Shown here piece after piece: positions 6,534 to 11,222 of a DNA stretch of 11,222 nt. Source of the DNA: an uncultured archaeon (GTDB taxonomy: Archaea; Asgardarchaeota; Lokiarchaeia; Sigyniarchaeales; SOKP01); NCBI GenBank assembly GCA_964388035.1, contig CAYLZE010000142.1, positions 1 to 11,222 on the forward strand. Direction: 5' to 3'. The stretch's first letter is position 1. Each line of letters begins with the position of its first letter. Both the position numbers and the translations under genes were made by a program. The notes under the pieces were generated by a model. The model made no database searches. It saw nothing but the letters and a program-made list of their open reading frames with translations, and had not been told where the DNA came from.

Positions 6534-7859
6534 ATGGAAATAAACCAAAACATTATTCAGAGAGAATGTTTGCAAATTACCAATGATGGACGCAACATTT
6601 TTGATTTGCGAACGGGAGAAAAGATAGAATATAACGGTAACCAAAAGATCGCGGGAGTATTACCCATAAATTTTTCGGGACCAATATATCCAGGAGATCT
6701 GTCTGAAACTAGTTCAGCTTGGGCTATAGACTCCGCAATCGCTCTTAATAAGATTTATCCTTCCCAATTTTTCTTTTTCATATTTGCAGACCCCATGTTA
6801 AAAGCTAATTATCAAGAGGACCCCACAGATAAAATTCGCAAAAAGGCAATAGAAAATGCATATAATCAAATTAAGCGATTCACAGACTATTGGAAAGAAT
6901 CTTTTAAAGAAGAGATGCGAGTTTTGGTAATTGGGACCGGGCAAGTAGTTGAATTTGAAGGATTTATTGACTTGATTGAATTAACAGAAAAGTATTCGAA
7001 GTACACTTTCATGCCCTTTGAAGGATATACGGGTATTTTTCTTCAAGATCTGCATGGATATGATTATGTTGCGGGAAAGGAACCAATAATAAAATTAGGA
7101 TCCCGAACTCCAAAATTGCGTTCTAATTTTACAAGGGAAGAAGTTCAATTCTTAGAAGAATTAAAGAAGAAGGAATATTTTAATCAAGTCATAATTACAT
7201 CCGATCTAATTGAAAGAAACGAAACTTTTTCCACAGAATTTCTTTCATATGCACCCGATATTCTATGTACGGCGAAACCTGGGAAATATTTCATGTTTCC
7301 TACAGCAACTTCCCGCAAGTTATATAAAATTCAATCTTATACAAGACAAATCGGATATACAACATTGAATGATTGGGACTTGTCAATCCCGTTGGAAAAA
7401 ATAACAGATATTTTTTCATCAACCCAAAAAAATGTACGGAAAGGCCCATCAGCATTAGCTATCATCGAAGCAGCTGGACCTCAAGAACTGCCAAATTACG
7501 AAGGACAAATTGACACTACATGGAAAAATTTACCTTATGGAGCCGATCATAATTTTCTTTTTTCTATTAATACGGGAAAGTCACTCTTTCATACTCCTTT
7601 TCCTTATGGAAGTGATCCTCAAGCAATTAGAACTAATTACTATCCTTACAGTTGGGGGAAAGAACCCCTATCAAATGCAATTGGGACATTTCTCTCTTTA
7701 AAGGATGTAAAAGCTCGCTCTATCGCAGCGGGATCTCGTTCCATGTTTTTACACATGTTTTCGAGTGCAGATATCGTCGTGGAACCATGGGTACGAAATC
7801 GCACGGAAAATGGAGTTCTCTACGTTTTAAATAAAAATCAAATTTTTCAAAAATTATAA
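6534..7859 (+). CDS. Uncharacterised soluble protein; probable circularly permuted, degenerate alkaline-phosphatase/nucleotide-pyrophosphatase-fold protein
   Basis: 441-aa ORF in an operon position, so the CDS itself is secure. The fold call rests on by-eye motif order: FFFFIFADP, VLVIGTG, APDILCTAKPGKYF and ITDIF precede ALAIIEAAG, SINTG and RSIAAG. Confidence 0.55.
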   Translation: MEINQNIIQRECLQITNDGRNIFDLRTGEKIEYNGNQKIAGVLPINFSGPIYPGDLSETSSAWAIDSAIALNKIYPSQFFFFIFADPMLKANYQEDPTDKIRKKAIENAYNQIKRFTDYWKESFKEEMRVLVIGTGQVVEFEGFIDLIELTEKYSKYTFMPFEGYTGIFLQDLHGYDYVAGKEPIIKLGSRTPKLRSNFTREEVQFLEELKKKEYFNQVIITSDLIERNETFSTEFLSYAPDILCTAKPGKYFMFPTATSRKLYKIQSYTRQIGYTTLNDWDLSIPLEKITDIFSSTQKNVRKGPSALAIIEAAGPQELPNYEGQIDTTWKNLPYGADHNFLFSINTGKSLFHTPFPYGSDPQAIRTNYYPYSWGKEPLSNAIGTFLSLKDVKARSIAAGSRSMFLHMFSSADIVVEPWVRNRTENGVLYVLNKNQIFQKL

Positions 7860-7958
7860 CTAAAACTTTTTCAAGAAATGGTAGAATTATCAAAATAAGA
7901 AAAGAAAATTGAATAAAAACAAAAAATATAATAAAAAGTTAAAGAATTTCAAAAAATA

Positions 7959-8777
7959 GTGAAAATAATGACTGAATTCATAAAAAAAACAAAAGAAATA
8001 TTAGATCAAAAAGTAAAAAACATTAAAATCCCCGAGACAAAAGGGGTTTTAGTGGGTAGAGGATACCAAGCGGTATTATTAGACGGCACGATGGGGGTTG
8101 GTTTTGCGCCTCGCCGTCCATCTCCAACTTGTACGGTTTTTAAAAAGCCCGGGAGTTTGTATAAAACACCTGCTATTGAATTGGCAGAACTTGTCATTTC
8201 TGAGGTACCTATCGAACGGTCAATAGGAATAGGAGCATTAAATGCCATAAGTCAGTGTATCGTTGATTCTTCTCCAGAAAATTATAACAAATATATCAAC
8301 CTTGATTTGGAAAAACTAATCCCATTAAATAAGAATATTAAAGTTGGAATGGTGGGGCAAATCGGCCCTTTTATTAAACTATTAGCCACTAATTCTGCTG
8401 GTTTAACCATTATTGATGATAATCCTGCAATTCAGACGGGAAAACAAGGGAATAACATAATAGTATCTCGAAATATTGCTGATATAGAGAATTGCGATGT
8501 AGTAATCATTACGGGATCGACTGTTATCGAACATTCTCTTGAAGGCCCCTTGAAATACGCCTCAAATGCTATATTTAGGGTAGTTATTGGCCCTTCAGCA
8601 TCCTGGATTCCGGATGCCGCATTTGACCTTGGACTTGATGCAGTTTCTGGCATGAAATTCATCAATCCCGATGACGCTTTTCGGGTTATCATGGAAGGTG
8701 GCGGAACCATGCATTTCGTAAAATACGCTGAGAAATACACTTTAACCAAGGAAGCCCTTCCTGATAATATTAGCTAA
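7959..8777 (+). CDS. DUF364 (PF04016) Rossmann-like protein with DUF4213-type N-terminal domain, paralog 1
   Basis: ERSIGIGALNA, KVGMVG, CDVVIITGST, VIGPSA and GLDAVSG motifs. Start is GTG 7959 or ATG 7968. Confidence 0.85.
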   Translation: MKIMTEFIKKTKEILDQKVKNIKIPETKGVLVGRGYQAVLLDGTMGVGFAPRRPSPTCTVFKKPGSLYKTPAIELAELVISEVPIERSIGIGALNAISQCIVDSSPENYNKYINLDLEKLIPLNKNIKVGMVGQIGPFIKLLATNSAGLTIIDDNPAIQTGKQGNNIIVSRNIADIENCDVVIITGSTVIEHSLEGPLKYASNAIFRVVIGPSASWIPDAAFDLGLDAVSGMKFINPDDAFRVIMEGGGTMHFVKYAEKYTLTKEALPDNIS

Positions 8778-8823
8778 TGAAAGGTAATTTTCTGTTAATT
8801 ATATAAGAAGTAATGCAATAATA

Positions 8824-10164
8824 ATGAAAGATAATGGCACTAATATTCATTCAATGGATTCAATGCCTACACAGAAGGGTCAATTTTACTTTCTCAGTTT
8901 CTCAATGCTCTTACATTTCGCAATTAATGGGTTATTAACACCCTATATTGCAATTTATTTTCGACAACAAGGGCTCCCATTTGTCATGATTTTCTTCATA
9001 TTCATGGCGAACAATGCGGGTAATATAGCCCAACCAATGTGGGGAGGCCTTTCTGACAAATATAATAAACGAAAGATTTTTTTATTGATTGCTACAATAA
9101 TGTGGACTGCGTCCACCTTGATTATTTCATTATTACCCGAATTCTTAATCTTTGTTATTTTTTATGGTATAGCATCTTTTTTCGGAAGTAGTGTTCAGCC
9201 TGTAGGAAGATCCCTCATATCTCTAATTACAAATAAGGTAGATGAGACGGAATATCAATCAAAATTTGGCGTGTTAATGTCCACTGCTTTCATGGTTTCA
9301 AGCTGGGGTGGGGGATTAATCATAGCTTACATCAATTTTAACATGTTATTTTATTTAACCTTTCTAATGGCCATCATTTCTTTAATTATCCTCATCACGA
9401 CGGTACATGAACGCCAAGTTGAAACAAATAACGTAAATTATAAGCATATAATCGATTATCATTCCGAGAATTTAGATCAATATGAACATCAAGTAAGTGT
9501 AACCTCTCCAACAAGCTTTAATCAAAAGTTTGTTTCTCTCCTCAAAAATAAGGGTTTTATCATAGTCTTGCTCCTTTCTTTCTTTGGGAGCATTGCGTTT
9601 TACTTATTTACCAGCTTTTTCTCAGTTTTTTATGTGGAAGGTGGAGGGGATATTGCAATGTTAGCTAATGCAATGTTAGCTAATTTCGTGATCTTTATGG
9701 GAAGTAATTATTTGGGAGAAGCTTTAACCAAAAGGCGATATAAAGAAAGTGAAGAAATTATAAAAAAAGGCAAATTAGGGTTTTCTGAACAATTAAAAAT
9801 GGGTTTCATCCTGTGGTCAATCCTCGGTTTTTTCGTTCTATGTGCTTTGATTGCGATAATACCACAATCCTTATTTGTGATTTTAATAGTTTATAGTCTT
9901 CCCATGATACCTTTCTTTTTCATTTCAATGCTCGCTTTAACCGCAAAAGTAGTAGAACCCGATCAAAAGGCATTAGCTGTTGGACTTCAGGGCGTTTTTG
10001 TCTATGGAGGGAGAAGTATCACCATCTACGTTGGTGCCTTATTACTGGATACAGGGGGGTTTCAATTAGCCGCCACCTTCAACATTTTTCTCTTAATAAT
10101 ATTATCGATATTAATTCTAATCACGTATAAAAGTTTAAAAACGGCATTATTGAAAAAATTATAA
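8824..10164 (+). CDS. Major facilitator superfamily transporter
   Basis: 446 aa, about 12 TM helices in two halves with a long central hydrophilic loop. Motif A is WGGLSDKYNKRK. Confidence 0.92.
   Translation: MKDNGTNIHSMDSMPTQKGQFYFLSFSMLLHFAINGLLTPYIAIYFRQQGLPFVMIFFIFMANNAGNIAQPMWGGLSDKYNKRKIFLLIATIMWTASTLIISLLPEFLIFVIFYGIASFFGSSVQPVGRSLISLITNKVDETEYQSKFGVLMSTAFMVSSWGGGLIIAYINFNMLFYLTFLMAIISLIILITTVHERQVETNNVNYKHIIDYHSENLDQYEHQVSVTSPTSFNQKFVSLLKNKGFIIVLLLSFFGSIAFYLFTSFFSVFYVEGGGDIAMLANAMLANFVIFMGSNYLGEALTKRRYKESEEIIKKGKLGFSEQLKMGFILWSILGFFVLCALIAIIPQSLFVILIVYSLPMIPFFFISMLALTAKVVEPDQKALAVGLQGVFVYGGRSITIYVGALLLDTGGFQLAATFNIFLLIILSILILITYKSLKTALLKKL
9655..9684 (+). repeat. Perfect 15-nt in-frame tandem duplication inside the MFS gene
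   Basis: GCAATGTTAGCTAAT occurs twice (9655-9669, 9670-9684) and encodes AMLAN-AMLAN. Confidence 0.9.
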
Positions 10165-10223
10165 TCTGAAATTTCTTTTGTATTTAAAATTAAAAATTAA
10201 AAAATGTAAAAAAATGAAAAGAT

Positions 10224-11060
10224 ATGGTAAGTGAAATTTTAAAAGAAGCTTATGAAATTTTGAAGGAATATCATGGAAGTAATCCACCAGAGATAAAAAG
10301 TATTGTAAGGGGACAAAAATTTGTTGGAGTTCAGTTATCAAACATGAGCATAGGACTTTCTCTAATAGAACATGAATGGAAATATGATTTTCCTTTATTC
10401 CTGAAAAGAAGTGAAGAAAGTCTTCCGCAAACCTATGAATTAGCAAAGACTGCATTTGAAGGAACAGAGATATCTGTCTGCTATGGGATTGCTTGTTTAA
10501 ATGCATTAACCATGGATCTGTATTTCAACTCGGGAAAGTATAATTTGTTAATGGACATGGATGTGACTGATTTATGGAAAGATAAGATAAAACCTGACGA
10601 TATTATCGGCATGGTAGGATACATGTATCCCCTTGCGGATTTTTTCTTACCGCTCTGTTCTGAAATCATTTTACTTGATAAACATGCAATGGATGAAGGA
10701 AAAGATCCCCTTCCTAAAAAAATGACATATATCGAATCTTCAACGGGTTTAAAAGATGTAGATATCTTAATTGCCACCGGGAGTTCATTAATATATCATA
10801 GTACTGAAGAACTTATTGAAAGTACCCCGAATGCTCGATTAAAAGCAATAATTGGGCCATCCGTATGTCTTCCTCCCGAACCCTTCTGGAAGCGGGGAGT
10901 CACCTATATCGGAGGTTCCTATGTAGAGGTTTCTTATTATCAAATGTTAGTTAAAGAAGATTTACGGGCAAACTGGCGAGCAGTGGCTAAAACTAAGGCA
11001 GACAGAGCTATAAAATTTGGAAAAAAAGAAGGGATTCGAAAATTAGGACTCCTTAAATAG
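10224..11060 (+). CDS. DUF364 (PF04016) Rossmann-like protein, paralog 2
   Basis: YGIACLNA, IIGMVG, VDILIATGSS, IIGPSV and GVTYIGG motifs, collinear with paralog 1. Confidence 0.83.
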   Translation: MVSEILKEAYEILKEYHGSNPPEIKSIVRGQKFVGVQLSNMSIGLSLIEHEWKYDFPLFLKRSEESLPQTYELAKTAFEGTEISVCYGIACLNALTMDLYFNSGKYNLLMDMDVTDLWKDKIKPDDIIGMVGYMYPLADFFLPLCSEIILLDKHAMDEGKDPLPKKMTYIESSTGLKDVDILIATGSSLIYHSTEELIESTPNARLKAIIGPSVCLPPEPFWKRGVTYIGGSYVEVSYYQMLVKEDLRANWRAVAKTKADRAIKFGKKEGIRKLGLLK

Positions 11061-11065
11061 TAGGA

Positions 11066-11132
11066 TTTCAAGTTCTTTTTCTTCAATTTTTAATAGAACA
11101 GAACTACAATATATTTTATTTTTATTATCTTT
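11066..11132 (+). terminator. Oligo-T terminator region at the end of the operon
   Basis: ttctttttcttcaattttt and attttattttttattatcttt follow the TAG TAG double stop. This contrasts with the mostly A-rich internal spacers. Confidence 0.5.
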
Positions 11133-11222
11133 GAAAGGTTTAAGAGGTACAGAAGAAAAGATCATTTTGTTAATCATGCTTTTCTTTGTTAAAAAAAAAA
11201 TTTTATGTAAAACATCCGAAAC

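Noticed and set aside
2312-10777. Short alternative-frame or antisense ORFs (2312-2623, 2360-2575, 2865-3158, 4700-4939, 5614-5829, 5860-6120, 6408-6644, 7510-7701, 7652-7834, 8006-8248, 8432-8749, 10159-10506, 10481-10777)
   Set aside because: All overlap well-supported genes and have no motifs. They are treated as shadow ORFs.
1-11222. CRISPR arrays, tRNAs, IS elements or terminal inverted repeats
   Set aside because: No regularly spaced repeats, cloverleaf-like GC-rich segments or transposase/integrase ORFs were seen.

Overview
AT-rich (roughly 30-33% GC by eye) window that looks archaeal: TATA-like promoter boxes, almost no Shine-Dalgarno sites at starts and oligo-T termination. Lokiarchaeia/Asgard-like origin is an inference only. 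The window opens with a decayed C-terminal remnant of an acyl-CoA ligase. A divergon follows. On the minus strand is an M24-family metallo-hydrolase with non-canonical substrate-binding residues. On the plus strand is a probable 8-gene operon: group I ECF importer (S, fused AA', T), an AmmeMemoRadiSam/PFL-activase-like radical SAM enzyme, a 441-aa protein that appears to be a circularly permuted, degenerate alkaline-phosphatase/NPP-fold protein, two divergent DUF364 paralogs and an MFS transporter. The 300-bp divergent spacer carries two TTGAA-N13-TTCAA dyads, each wrapped around a TATA-like box. It also carries a predicted stem-loop leader with an orphan 12-nt anti-16S sequence. The best overall reading is an uncharacterised import-and-remodel (cofactor/vitamin salvage) system whose substrate cannot be determined from sequence alone.
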